This document shows positions 1-8,926 of a DNA stretch of 32,000 nucleotides, piece by piece. The translations under genes were made by a program, and so were the position numbers. This stretch comes from Mycolicibacterium smegmatis (GTDB taxonomy: Bacteria; Actinomycetota; Actinomycetes; Mycobacteriales; Mycobacteriaceae). The stretch spans positions 5,850,001 to 5,882,000 of the forward strand of contig NZ_LN831039.1 of the NCBI RefSeq assembly GCF_001457595.1, written 5' to 3'. The stretch's first letter is position 1. The number at the start of each line of letters is the position of its first letter. The notes beneath the pieces were generated by a model. The model ran no database searches. It was not told where the DNA came from and worked only from the letters and a program-made list of their open reading frames with translations.

Positions 1-245
1 GGACGAAGGTGGGCGGCGAGGGCGTGATGCTCTCGCACTTCCCGTACGCGGGCACACCGGACCGGTTCTCCCGCAAGAGCTTCGACCAGTACCAGCTTCC
101 CGACCTCGGCATGTGGCTGATCCACGGCCACACGCACTCGGGCGAGCGGCGGTCGGGGAAGCGGTCGATCTGCGTCTCGCTGGAAGCGTGGGATCTCCGG
201 CCGGCATCGGCCGAGGAGATCACCGCGGAGATGCAGCTGCGCTAG
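1..245 (+). CDS. Metallophosphoesterase family protein, C-terminal fragment (truncated by window start)
   Basis: Open frame through the window edge ending at 245; contains MLSHFPYAG...WLIHGHTHSGER, the C-terminal HGHTH metal-binding motif of calcineurin-like phosphoesterases. Confidence 0.75.
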   Translation, partial: TKVGGEGVMLSHFPYAGTPDRFSRKSFDQYQLPDLGMWLIHGHTHSGERRSGKRSICVSLEAWDLRPASAEEITAEMQLR

Positions 246-745
246 GACTCACTGTTGTCTGTCGGCACCAGCTGGGCGAGGTACTCGTCGAACGACGCGG
301 CGACGAACGACTCGACGTCGGGCTCGCGCTCCTCGGTGTCGATCACGACGACGGCCGGGTTGGTTCGGAGCCCCGTCGGGTCCGTCGTTGACCGCCGATA
401 GTCGAGACACAGATCCCAGTGCCCGTCTCCGTCGAAGGGGACGAGCCACTCCGCGTCGGACGGCCTGGGTTCGAAGTCCTCGTCGTCGTGCCACCACGCG
501 TCCTTCTCGAGGCGCGGGAACCTCGTTCCGATGCCGCGGATGATGTCGTGGGTCGTGTTGTAGTCCCGGTCCTCGGGGAAGCCGACCTGGAGATAGCCAC
601 CGTTCTGGCGACGGAGCAGGGCGACGAGGGATTCGGGCAGGCGCACACCCAGTCGTTGTTCGGTCGCGTCGAGCAGCTCATCGGTCAACGGCGGCTGCAC
701 ATAGTTCTCGTAGGGCGGCACTTTCCAAACGTGTGCTGGGTCCAC
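242..745 (-). CDS. SMI1/KNR4 (SUKH) family protein
   Basis: 167 aa; N-terminal LTDELLDATEQRLGVRLPESLVALLRRQNGGYL... is typical of SMI1/KNR4; followed by acidic/aromatic pattern and ...DTEEREPDVESFVAASFDEYLAQL. Confidence 0.75.
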   Translation of the reverse strand: MDPAHVWKVPPYENYVQPPLTDELLDATEQRLGVRLPESLVALLRRQNGGYLQVGFPEDRDYNTTHDIIRGIGTRFPRLEKDAWWHDDEDFEPRPSDAEWLVPFDGDGHWDLCLDYRRSTTDPTGLRTNPAVVVIDTEEREPDVESFVAASFDEYLAQLVPTDNSES

Positions 746-883
746 TGCGTCAGGCTAAGGGTAGGTGGGGGCCTCCGCCGAGCTGGCAAACACATGCGTA
801 GGCGGTAGCGGCGACCGCATCTACTGCACGTGAATGCTCGGCGTGTCGCGCAGAGCACACGTCGGACGCTGGAATCGCCTGGG

Positions 884-2098
884 ATGCTTCAGCGCATGGC
901 ACGGATACCCGACTACGTGAAGGTCATCGATCTGGACAGCGGCCGCCGCTACGAAGTGCGACCCGAGGTCACCGGCGCTGACGGCAAACGGAGGCAGAAG
1001 CGCAAGCGGTTCAAGACGTTGAAGGAGGCTGTCGACCACTACACGGCCATCGCCGGTGACCGCGGCCGCGGCGTGCACGTTGCGCCGTCGGAGCTCACTG
1101 TCGAGGATGCCGTGGACAGCTGGTTGCTCGGGCAGCGGATCAGACCCAAGACCATGAGCGCGTACATCACGAGCCTTCGACCGATCGTCGACCACCTCGG
1201 GAAGCGCACCGTCCAGTCCATCACCAAGGACGACCTGGAACAGGTAGTGCAGGCGCTGCGCGCGGGCACGTCGAAGATGGGCACCTGGAACGCCCCCACC
1301 AAGTTGACGAAAGCCGCGAAGAAGGTCCGCTCCCCCTGGGCGCCCAGCAGCATCAACCCGATGCTGGCCCGCACCCGGAGCATCTTCGAGGATCTTGTGA
1401 ACCAAGGCGTCGTGGTTCGGAATGTCGCCGCCCTGGTGAAGCCCCTCGCGACCGACACCGAGAAGACGATGAACACGTTGAACGCGGAGCAGGTCACCCA
1501 GTTGCTCGCCGTGACCGACTCGCATTGCTACGGAATCGCCTGGCGGCTGGCGGTTCTCGGCCTGCGCCGCGGCGAGATCCTCGCGTTGACGTGGGACGCG
1601 GTCGACTTCGACGCCGGCACCCTCGCCATCTCCGCCGCGCGGCTCGCCACAGCGGGCGGCGCCACGACCGGAGCCCCGAAGACGAAGACCAGCGTGCGCA
1701 CCCTCCCGATGCCCGACGACTTGACCGCTGCGCTCCGCCGCGTCCGGAAGCGTCAGAAGGAACAGAAGCTCGCGCTGGGATCGAAGTGGACCGACAGCGG
1801 CTACGTCATCGTGGACGAGTTCGGAGTCGCGCCGTATCCCGACACGTTGACCGCTGCGTGGCGCAAGGCACTCGCCAACGCCGGTCTCCCCCACGTTCGG
1901 CTGCATGATGCGCGACACAGCTGCGCGACCTTGATGCACCTCTCGGGTGTGCCGACCGTGGTGATCGCGGCGTGGCTCGGCCATCAAGATCCCGGCTTCA
2001 CGCTCCGGACCTACGCGCACTCGAACCACGACGCACTCGCCGATGCCGCAGCCATGCTCGGCTCGATCACGACCGGGAAGAAGAAGGAAGCGAAGTGA
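884..2098 (+). CDS. Tyrosine-type site-specific recombinase / phage integrase
   Basis: SAM-like N-terminal domain and catalytic motifs: LGLRRGE (Arg I), LHDARHSCAT (HxxR), WLGHQDPGFTLRTYAHS (H-R-Y). ORF is open from 830; ATG at 884 (or 899) is the likelier start. Confidence 0.9.
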   Translation: MLQRMARIPDYVKVIDLDSGRRYEVRPEVTGADGKRRQKRKRFKTLKEAVDHYTAIAGDRGRGVHVAPSELTVEDAVDSWLLGQRIRPKTMSAYITSLRPIVDHLGKRTVQSITKDDLEQVVQALRAGTSKMGTWNAPTKLTKAAKKVRSPWAPSSINPMLARTRSIFEDLVNQGVVVRNVAALVKPLATDTEKTMNTLNAEQVTQLLAVTDSHCYGIAWRLAVLGLRRGEILALTWDAVDFDAGTLAISAARLATAGGATTGAPKTKTSVRTLPMPDDLTAALRRVRKRQKEQKLALGSKWTDSGYVIVDEFGVAPYPDTLTAAWRKALANAGLPHVRLHDARHSCATLMHLSGVPTVVIAAWLGHQDPGFTLRTYAHSNHDALADAAAMLGSITTGKKKEAK

Positions 2099-2115
2099 CA
2101 CAAGCCGTGTCACTT
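2093..2115 (+). terminator. Hairpin overlapping the integrase stop codon
   Basis: AAGTGACAC-AAGCC-GTGTCACTT, 9-bp perfect arms, followed only by a short T run; stop TGA (2096-2098) lies in the left arm. Confidence 0.5.
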
Positions 2116-2196
2116 TCGGGAGCCGCCCGAAGAATAAGCGATCCGATGTGTCACATGTGTCAGATTCAGGCTTCCGAGCAACGTGCTCCAGATACA

Positions 2197-2222
2197 GAAA
2201 AACCACCTGTCACCAGGTGGTT
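2197..2222 (-). terminator. Intrinsic terminator of the minus-strand tRNA cluster
   Basis: On minus strand: AACCACCT-GGTGAC-AGGTGGTT directly followed by TTTCTG; 8-bp arms (2201-2208/2215-2222) plus T tract just downstream of tRNA-Phe. Confidence 0.7.
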
Positions 2223-2229
2223 CTCTCAG

Positions 2230-2303
2230 TGGCCAGGGCCGGGATCGAACCGGCGACCTTCCGCTTTTCAGGCGGACGCTCGTACCAACTGAGCTACCTG
2301 GCC
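2230..2303 (-). tRNA. tRNA-Phe (GAA)
   Basis: Cloverleaf: acceptor GGCCAGG/CCTGGCC, anticodon stem-loop TCCGC-CTGAAAA-GCGGA, T-arm GGTTCGATCC. Confidence 0.95.
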
Positions 2304-2347
2304 GGAAGGCACCGGCTCGGTCTGAACCGTATACCTCGCCGTGCTGG

Positions 2348-2421
2348 CGACCCTGACGGGACTTGAACCCGCGACCTCCGCCGTGACAGGGCGGCGCGCT
2401 AACCAACTGCGCCACAGGGCC
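2348..2421 (-). tRNA. tRNA-Asp (GTC)
   Basis: Acceptor GGCCCTG/CAGGGTC, anticodon stem-loop CCGCC-CTGTCAC-GGCGG, T-arm GGTTCAAGTCC. Confidence 0.95.
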
Positions 2422-2457
2422 TTGCTTTTCCTGCGTGCTCCGCGTTTCCGCGTTGCG

Positions 2458-2530
2458 TACCCCCAACGGGATTCGAACCCGTGCTACCGCCGTGAAAGGG
2501 CGGCGTCCTAGGCCACTAGACGATGGGGGC
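2458..2530 (-). tRNA. tRNA-Glu (TTC)
   Basis: Acceptor GCCCCCA/TGGGGGT, anticodon stem-loop CCGCC-CTTTCAC-GGCGG, T-arm GGTTCGAATCC. Confidence 0.95.
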
Positions 2531-2710
2531 CTAATCCGAATCTCTCCGGGGCGCGTTCGCAACGTTTCCGTTGGGAGCTTGGATAGCTTAGGGTACGAAG
2601 GCCCAAATCCTCAAATTGGCTGGTCAGACCGCCTAAACGGGGTTACGGCGCGCCGAGTCGACGGTGCCCGCAGACACCGCCGCAGACACCAAGTATCCTT
2701 CTTTCCGCGC

Positions 2711-2783
2711 CCCTATAGCTCAGTTGGTAGAGCTACGGACTTTTAATCCGCAGGTCCCAGGTTCGAGCCCTGGTGGGGGCACT
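2711..2783 (+). tRNA. tRNA-Lys (TTT)
   Basis: Acceptor GCCCCTA/TGGGGGC, anticodon loop CTTTTAA with TTT anticodon, D-arm AGCTCAGTTGGTAGAGC, T-arm GGTTCGAGCC. Confidence 0.95.
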
Positions 2784-2812
2784 CATCACAGCGTTTCCGT
2801 CGTGCGCAAACG

Positions 2813-3964
2813 CTACTCATCGCCGCGTTCGGCGTCGGCCCCAGAGTTGTCCGACGGGCTGTCGCCGGGCGGGTCGGACTTGGCACCGGCGTGAGCCGCG
2901 GACTCGGGCGTTGACGCCTGGGTGCGCACGTCAGGGCGCTCATCGTCTCGGGAATCCCGGAGTTCAGCCTCGACCACTCGGGCATGTCTGCCTTTGGCAG
3001 GCCCACCGACAGCGATGCGGCCGGGGCTGGCGACGCGCAGGTGCCGTTTGCGCTCGGGCTCGGGCTCGGGCTCGACCGATGCTGCCACCGGCTCAGGTGC
3101 CGGCTCATGCGTGAGTGCAGGCGTGCGCGGCGGATCGTTACGCACATAGCCGGCGTCGACGACGGGCTTGAGCGCTGCCTCGAGGTGCTTGACGATCTTC
3201 TCCGGCACCCCGAGGTCACGCGCCGGCTGCAGCAGCGGCAGCCGTTCGGTGCGCACCAGGTACGACGTGGTGACTCCACCGAGTGTGTTCGTGGTGACCG
3301 TCACGTCACGGTCGGGCACCGCGTCGAGATCCACGGAGGCGTATCCCGGTTGCGCGTGCACATACACGATGCCCACCAACGCATTTGCGACAGCGACGAG
3401 GTTGTGGACGCGGTCGGGGAAATCGGCGAAGCCGTCGTACTCGCGTGTGATGTAGATCGTGTTCCACGGCGTCTCAGGCGTTTTGACCACGGTCACGCCG
3501 AACCCGGGCAGCCGGAAGCCCTCGGGAAAGTGCCGCAGCAGCCCGCCCTGCGGGTTGGACGGGTCTCCTACACCGATGAACACCAGCTCACCGGACGCAG
3601 GCCGGTCGGACTCGGGCAGCGCCATCAGCCGCCGCTTCACCTCCGCGAGCACCAGACCGCCCTGTGAGATCCCGACGGTCGTCTTGCCTTCCGGTGTGGA
3701 CACGATCGCAGCGTGCAAGCTGCCTGCGCCGTGGGCCACCGACCAGTCCATGAACACCGGCGACGAGGGGTAGACGATGTTCACCTCCGGGGCGCCGTGC
3801 GTGTACGGCAGGCGCCACGACCCCTGATCGCCCACCAGCGCCGAGCCGGTCCCACCGACCGTCAGAACGGTGTCCGCGACGACGGCCGGCGCGACGGCAA
3901 TCGCCCCGGCGGCGATCACCGACCCGACCGCGATCAGCTTTCCAACCGCCGGCCCAACAGTCAT
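2813..3964 (-). CDS. PE-PPE domain (cutinase-like serine hydrolase) protein with disordered charged C-terminal tail
   Basis: 383 aa; signal-like N-terminus, SPVFMDWSVAHGAGSLHAAI..., nucleophile motif GISQGG, ...YDGFADFPDRVHNLVAVANALVGIVYVH, typical of PE-PPE domain hydrolases. Confidence 0.8.
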   Translation of the reverse strand: MTVGPAVGKLIAVGSVIAAGAIAVAPAVVADTVLTVGGTGSALVGDQGSWRLPYTHGAPEVNIVYPSSPVFMDWSVAHGAGSLHAAIVSTPEGKTTVGISQGGLVLAEVKRRLMALPESDRPASGELVFIGVGDPSNPQGGLLRHFPEGFRLPGFGVTVVKTPETPWNTIYITREYDGFADFPDRVHNLVAVANALVGIVYVHAQPGYASVDLDAVPDRDVTVTTNTLGGVTTSYLVRTERLPLLQPARDLGVPEKIVKHLEAALKPVVDAGYVRNDPPRTPALTHEPAPEPVAASVEPEPEPERKRHLRVASPGRIAVGGPAKGRHARVVEAELRDSRDDERPDVRTQASTPESAAHAGAKSDPPGDSPSDNSGADAERGDE

Positions 3965-4270
3965 CGCCGCAGCCCCTCTCGTTTACGAAGACGCACAGCA
4001 ACACATCCGCAACGACGAGACGTCACCGTGATGCCTGCTGAGACTAGAGTCGATCTGTCGCTAACGCACCCAACCACGGTTGTTTGTGCAGGCCACAGCT
4101 TGATAGTGGATCATTTTCCATTTGCGGGTATCGCCACTTCACGTCGCGTCTCGATGGATGGGATCCCGGAGTCACGGCCGTCAGCAAGGCCAGAGCACAC
4201 AACCGCAATGCGGCGTGCAATACCGCGTGAGCCGGTCGGCGTTTCCTTAAGATCACGACGAGGAGACGCC

Positions 4271-5662
4271 ATGGACCGAATCGCTGGGCTGGATCTGCAT
4301 CTGGACCGCCCGGCCGGCAGGACCCGCGAGGCCCTCATGGACGCCGTACGCGACGCGATCCGCTCGGGCCGGCTGGTCTCGGGCACCCGGTTACCGTCGA
4401 GCCGTGCACTGGCCGCCGATCTCGGCGTCGCCCGCAACACCGTCGCGCGCGCCTATGCCGAGCTGATCGCGGAGGGCTGGCTGACCTCCCAGCACGGTTC
4501 GCACACCACGGTCTCGCAGCGCGCGGCCGAGGCGGTCCGGTCGGTCACCCCGCCTGCGCGTCCGCGGCCGCCCCGGCGCCTGGACCACGACCTACGGCCC
4601 GGCCATCCGGACCTGTCCTCGTTCCCGCGCACCGAGTGGAGTCGCGCGGTCAAACGCGCACTCGCCAACGCGCCGTCCGAGGCGTTCGGCTACGCCGAGC
4701 CGCAGGGCCGCCCCGAACTGCGGCGCGCACTTGCCGAGTACCTCGCCCGGGCGCGCGGAGTCCGGGCCCGCCCGTGCAACATCGTGGTGTGCTGCGGGGC
4801 CGCCGAAGGCCTCAACCTGGTCGCAGGCGCACTGGCGGAAATGGGCGTCGCGGCAACGGCAGTCGAGGCGTACGGCCTGCCCACGCAACGGGCCGCCCTG
4901 GCCCGCGCCGGCCTGCGCTGTCCCCCACTGGCAGTGGACGCCGACGGCGCCGACATCAATGCGCTGAACACGATGCCCGAAGTCGGCGCGGTGCTGCTGA
5001 CCCCCAGCCACCAGTTCCCGCTCGGCGTACCGCTGCACTCCGATCGCCGCGCCGCGGTCATCGACTGGGCGCGGCGCACCGGCGGGATGATCATCGAGGA
5101 CGACTACGACGGCGAGTTCCGCTACGACCGCAGCCCCGTCGGCGCGCTCCACGGCGTCGACCCCGCGCACGTGATCTATCTGGGCACGGCGAGCAAGTCT
5201 CTGGCACCCGGCCTGCGGCTGGGCTGGCTGGTCCTGCCGGACCGTCTGGTGGACGCGGTGCTGCGCCAGAAAGGTGAGACCGAGGAGACCTCCGGTTTCG
5301 TCGACCAACTGACGATGGCCGAGTTCATCGAATCCGGTTCGTACGACCGGCATATCCGCACCATGCGCGCGCAGTACCGGCGCCGCCGTGAACAACTCGT
5401 CGCCGCGGTCACCGCGGCATCACCGGCCACCACGGTGGCCGGGCTGCCGGCCGGCCTGCACGTGATGCTCGAGATCGCGGGAGCCAACGCCAGCGCGTTG
5501 GCCCATCAGCTCGCGTGGCGACGGCTCGGCGTCGAGAGCCTCGACCGCTACCGCCATCCCGAATTCGACAATGAGCGAAGCGGTTTGGTGTTCAGTTACG
5601 CCGCGCCGTCGCCGAGCGCTTGGTCGGCGGCCCTCGACGCGGTGGTGCGCCTGCTGCCCTGA
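4271..5662 (+). CDS. MocR/PdxR-type transcriptional regulator (GntR HTH + class I aminotransferase domain)
   Basis: N-terminal wHTH IRSGRLVSGTRLPSSRALAADLGVARNTVARAY; C-terminal aminotransferase fold with IIEDDYDGEFRYDR and GTASKSLAPGLRLGW (PLP lysine). Track ORF begins at 3713, but ATG at 4271 fits the domain start. Confidence 0.9.
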   Translation: MDRIAGLDLHLDRPAGRTREALMDAVRDAIRSGRLVSGTRLPSSRALAADLGVARNTVARAYAELIAEGWLTSQHGSHTTVSQRAAEAVRSVTPPARPRPPRRLDHDLRPGHPDLSSFPRTEWSRAVKRALANAPSEAFGYAEPQGRPELRRALAEYLARARGVRARPCNIVVCCGAAEGLNLVAGALAEMGVAATAVEAYGLPTQRAALARAGLRCPPLAVDADGADINALNTMPEVGAVLLTPSHQFPLGVPLHSDRRAAVIDWARRTGGMIIEDDYDGEFRYDRSPVGALHGVDPAHVIYLGTASKSLAPGLRLGWLVLPDRLVDAVLRQKGETEETSGFVDQLTMAEFIESGSYDRHIRTMRAQYRRRREQLVAAVTAASPATTVAGLPAGLHVMLEIAGANASALAHQLAWRRLGVESLDRYRHPEFDNERSGLVFSYAAPSPSAWSAALDAVVRLLP

Positions 5663-5727
5663 GCGCCGTCGCAACTGGACCCCGCACGCGGCGCAGAAGT
5701 GGACCCAGATACTCGCTTTTGCGCGCC

Positions 5728-5740
5728 TAGCGTTGAGGCA
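5728..5740 (+). promoter_or_regulatory. Putative -10 (TAGCGT) positioned for a leaderless transcript starting at ATG 5740
   Basis: TAGCGT 5728-5733, then 6 nt, then ATG; fits the mycobacterial TANNNT leaderless pattern; no convincing RBS. Confidence 0.45.
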
Positions 5741-6150
5741 TGTTGAATTCAGGCAATGTCAAGGTTTCCGATCTGCTGATCACCACTCCCCCACCCATAG
5801 CGCAGGGTGCTCATGCGATGACACAGTTGGTGGAGATCCCTCCGGCCGACGACGGCGTTGACCCGCACCGGCATTCCGGGCCGGTCTTCGGATACGTCCT
5901 CGAAGGCCGGATGCTGTTCGAACTCGAAGGCGAGGCGCCGCGTGAAATCGTTGCGGGCGAGGCATTCTGGGAACCCGGCGGTGATGTGGTCCACTACCAG
6001 ATGAAAAACCTCGAGGCCGAGAGCTGGACCCGCGTGCTCGCGGTGTGCCTCTGTGCGCCAGGTGTCGACATGATCACCATGCTCACCCCGGAGGAGATCG
6101 TCGAGCGAGATGCGTTGCGCCACCCCGACACCCGGCAGTTCGCGCGGTGA
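5740..6150 (+). CDS. Cupin domain-containing protein
   Basis: PHRHSGPVFGYVLEGRMLFELEGE...AGEAFWEPGGDVVHYQMKN, both cupin motifs. Confidence 0.85.
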   Translation: MLNSGNVKVSDLLITTPPPIAQGAHAMTQLVEIPPADDGVDPHRHSGPVFGYVLEGRMLFELEGEAPREIVAGEAFWEPGGDVVHYQMKNLEAESWTRVLAVCLCAPGVDMITMLTPEEIVERDALRHPDTRQFAR

Positions 6151-7079
6151 GCACGATGCGAGCGATCATCGCGAAAGACCGCACAGCGGGCATCGACGGC
6201 CTGGCCCTCGCGGAGGTGCCGTATCCACATGCCGCCGAGAACGACGTCATCGTCGCGGTGCATACGGCGGCCTTCACACCGGGCGAACTCGACTGGCCGG
6301 GCACCTGGACCGACCGCGCCGGACGCGACCGGACACCGTCGGTTCCCGGCCACGAGGTGTCCGGTGTGGTCGCCGAACTGGGTTTCGGCACCACGGGTCT
6401 GGCCGTCGGGCAGCGGGTTTTCGGCCTCACCGACTGGTGCCGCAACGGCACGCTGGCCGAATACGTGGCCGTCGAGGCACGCAACCTCGCACCGTTGTCG
6501 GCCACGATCGACCACACCACGGCCGCGGCACTGCCGATCTCCGGGCTCACCGCGTGGCAGGGCCTGTTCACGCACGGTCACCTCACACCGGGTGAGACCG
6601 TCCTGATCCACGGTGCGGCAGGCGGAGTGGGATCGATCGCGGTGCAACTCGCCAGGGAAGCCGGAGCGCACGTCATCGGCAGCGGCCGTACCGCCGACCG
6701 CGAGTACGTGCTGGAAGTGGGCGCGGAAGCGTTCGTCGACCTGGAACACGACCGGCTCGAGGATGTCGGCGAGGTCGACCTGGTGCTCGACGTGATCGGC
6801 GGCCAGATCCTCTACCGCTCAGCGGCTCTCGTGCGCCCTACGGGCTCCGTCGTGAGCATCGTCGAACCCCCACGCATACCGGCCGACAACGGACGAGCAG
6901 TGTTCTTCGTCGTCGAACCAGACCGGGCGGGCCTGGTCGAACTCGAACAAAGGCTGCGCGACGGGCGGTTGCGCCCACGCGTCGGAACGGTCTACCCGCT
7001 CGCCGACGCGAAGGAGGCGTTCGCGCCGGCGCAGCGTCCGCGCGGCAAGTCGGTCATCCGGGTGATCGAGGAGTCCTGA
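6147..7079 (+). CDS. NADPH:quinone reductase / zinc-type alcohol dehydrogenase-like (MDR superfamily)
   Basis: GHEVSGVVAELG, GETVLIHGAAGGVGSIAVQLAREAGAHVIGSGR. GTG at 6147 overlaps the cupin stop (GTGA); ATG at 6156 is the alternative start. Confidence 0.88.
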   Translation: MSTMRAIIAKDRTAGIDGLALAEVPYPHAAENDVIVAVHTAAFTPGELDWPGTWTDRAGRDRTPSVPGHEVSGVVAELGFGTTGLAVGQRVFGLTDWCRNGTLAEYVAVEARNLAPLSATIDHTTAAALPISGLTAWQGLFTHGHLTPGETVLIHGAAGGVGSIAVQLAREAGAHVIGSGRTADREYVLEVGAEAFVDLEHDRLEDVGEVDLVLDVIGGQILYRSAALVRPTGSVVSIVEPPRIPADNGRAVFFVVEPDRAGLVELEQRLRDGRLRPRVGTVYPLADAKEAFAPAQRPRGKSVIRVIEES

Positions 7080-7080
7080 C

Positions 7081-7755
7081 ATGATGCGGCCGTCCCTGCT
7101 CGTCGTCCACGGAGCCTGGCACCGACCCGAGCACTTCGATGCCCTGGTGGCACAACTTTCCGAGTTCGACGTGCACACGGTCGCGTTGACGAGCAGCGGT
7201 GTCGATCCGGCCAAGCTCGGGGACATGTACACCGACTCCGCCGTCATCGCCGCCGCGGCCGCGGCGATCGACGGACCTGTCGTGGTCCTCGCGCACTCCT
7301 ACGGCGGCATACCCACCACACAGGGACTGCGGTACGCGACCAACGTGCGCCGCATCCTCTATCTCGCATCGTTCCAGCTGCAGCCCGGGCAGTCCCTGCT
7401 GTCGCCCAACGACGGTGCGCTGATGCCGTGGGTCACACGTCAGGACAACCATGTTCGGGCCGACACCCCGCTGCACACCTTCTACAACGATGTCGACGAC
7501 CTCACCGCCCGGCGCGCCATGGCGCGGCTCGGTTACCAGTCCTACGCCTCGATGAACCAGCAACTCACCGTCGCCGCATGGCACGTCATCCCGAGCACCT
7601 ACATCGTCTGCGAAGCCGACAACGCGATCCCGCCCGCGCGACAGGAAGTGTTCGCGCGCAACGCCGGTACCGTCGTCCGGATGCCCACATCACACTCGCC
7701 GTTCCTGTCCCGGCCCGCCGAACTGGCGGCTCTGGTCGCCGGGTACCTCACCTGA
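7081..7755 (+). CDS. Alpha/beta hydrolase
   Basis: LLVVHGAWHRPEHFDALVAQL; nucleophile-elbow-like LAHSYGGIPT; C-terminal His in TSHSPFLSRPAELAALV. Confidence 0.85.
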   Translation: MMRPSLLVVHGAWHRPEHFDALVAQLSEFDVHTVALTSSGVDPAKLGDMYTDSAVIAAAAAAIDGPVVVLAHSYGGIPTTQGLRYATNVRRILYLASFQLQPGQSLLSPNDGALMPWVTRQDNHVRADTPLHTFYNDVDDLTARRAMARLGYQSYASMNQQLTVAAWHVIPSTYIVCEADNAIPPARQEVFARNAGTVVRMPTSHSPFLSRPAELAALVAGYLT

Positions 7756-7766
7756 AGGACAAGCAC

Positions 7767-8366
7767 ATGAGCACAACCCTGCGTCCGATGTTCCCGCAGT
7801 CACCCACGGCGACAGCCGCGTTCAGCGTGGCCTCCCGCTTCTACTCCCCCGCCCTGCTCAACCACTGTCTGCGGTCGTACCTGTGGGGTTCGGCATACGC
7901 CGTGCGGCACGACATCTCGTTCGACAACGAGTTGTTCTACGTCGCGGCGCTGCTGCACGACATCAGCCTGACCGAACCGTTCGACAGTCACCGCATGGCA
8001 TTCGAGGAGGCCGGCGGGCAGCTGGCGTGGGTGTTCGGGGTGGCGGCCGGGTGGACGGACGCCCGGGCCGCGCGGGTCGCCGAGACCATCGTGTTGCACA
8101 TGCGCGACGATGTCGCGGCGACCGACGACACGGAAGCGCATCTGCTGCAGGTCGCGACGAGCTGGGATGTGGCAGGCCGGCATGCCGAGGAGTTCTCGGA
8201 CGCGACGCGCGCGGAGATCCTCACCCGGTACCCGCGGCTGGGGTTCGGAGACGAGTTCCTCGCATGCTTCGCAGATCAGGCCGCGCGCAAGCCCCAGTCC
8301 GCGGCGGCGCACTCGTTGCGCACCAACGGCGCGGGCCGCATCAAGGGCAATCCGCTCGACGCGTGA
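7767..8366 (+). CDS. HD domain-containing protein (cyanamide-hydratase-like HD family)
   Basis: 199 aa; FYVAALLHDISLTEPFDSHRMAFEEAGG... HD signature plus downstream His/Asp pattern VAETIVLHMRDD. Confidence 0.75.
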   Translation: MSTTLRPMFPQSPTATAAFSVASRFYSPALLNHCLRSYLWGSAYAVRHDISFDNELFYVAALLHDISLTEPFDSHRMAFEEAGGQLAWVFGVAAGWTDARAARVAETIVLHMRDDVAATDDTEAHLLQVATSWDVAGRHAEEFSDATRAEILTRYPRLGFGDEFLACFADQAARKPQSAAAHSLRTNGAGRIKGNPLDA

Positions 8367-8373
8367 ACAACCC

Positions 8374-8739
8374 TCACGCCGTGCGGGCCGTGGCGATCTC
8401 CGGCGCGAGAGGGGCGATCGCGGCGATGATCTGGGAGGTGGTCGCGCCGGGCATACCGGCGGCGCTCAACGCGTCGCCGAGGTGTCCGGCGACGAGGTCG
8501 AAGTGGTGCATCGTGATACCGCGGCCCTGGTGGACCTGACGCATGGGCGCCCCGGTGTATTCGTCGGGCCCCCCGAGGGCGGTGGCGAAGAACTCGACCT
8601 GCCTGCCCTTGAGACGTGACATGTTGGTGCCGGTGAAGAACCCGGCAAGTTCGTCGTCGGCGAGTACGCGCCGGTAGAAGTCTTCGACGACGACCTCGAG
8701 TGCCTCCGCGCCGCCGATCTGCTCGTAGATGCTCGTCAT
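8374..8739 (-). CDS. glbN: Group I truncated hemoglobin
   Basis: [35 protein letters not shown]...[21 protein letters not shown]...[15 protein letters not shown], typical truncated globin with proximal His region. Track ORF is longer, but ATG at 8739 matches the family start. Confidence 0.9.
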   Translation of the reverse strand: MTSIYEQIGGAEALEVVVEDFYRRVLADDELAGFFTGTNMSRLKGRQVEFFATALGGPDEYTGAPMRQVHQGRGITMHHFDLVAGHLGDALSAAGMPGATTSQIIAAIAPLAPEIATARTA

Positions 8740-8926
8740 GCGTTCAGCGTCGGAGAACCCCGTTGCCGCACCATTGCCCAGGCGTACCGGGTCCGCTACG
8801 TGCTGCTCACATGTCTTGTGAGTGCGTTGTGAAAACCGTGTGAGGACGTCACGAGTGCCGACGTCTCGCCTTGCGTGGTCAGTACAGTTAATCTCTGTGC
8901 TCGGGATCGAACGAAAGGGCCACACG

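Noticed and set aside
821-2206. 461-aa minus-strand ORF opposite the integrase
   Set aside because: Antisense shadow; the integrase frame carries all catalytic motifs.
3713-4270. N-terminal extension of the MocR ORF
   Set aside because: Overlaps the opposite-strand PE-PPE gene; the regulator's HTH begins right after ATG 4271, and the upstream peptide is low-complexity.
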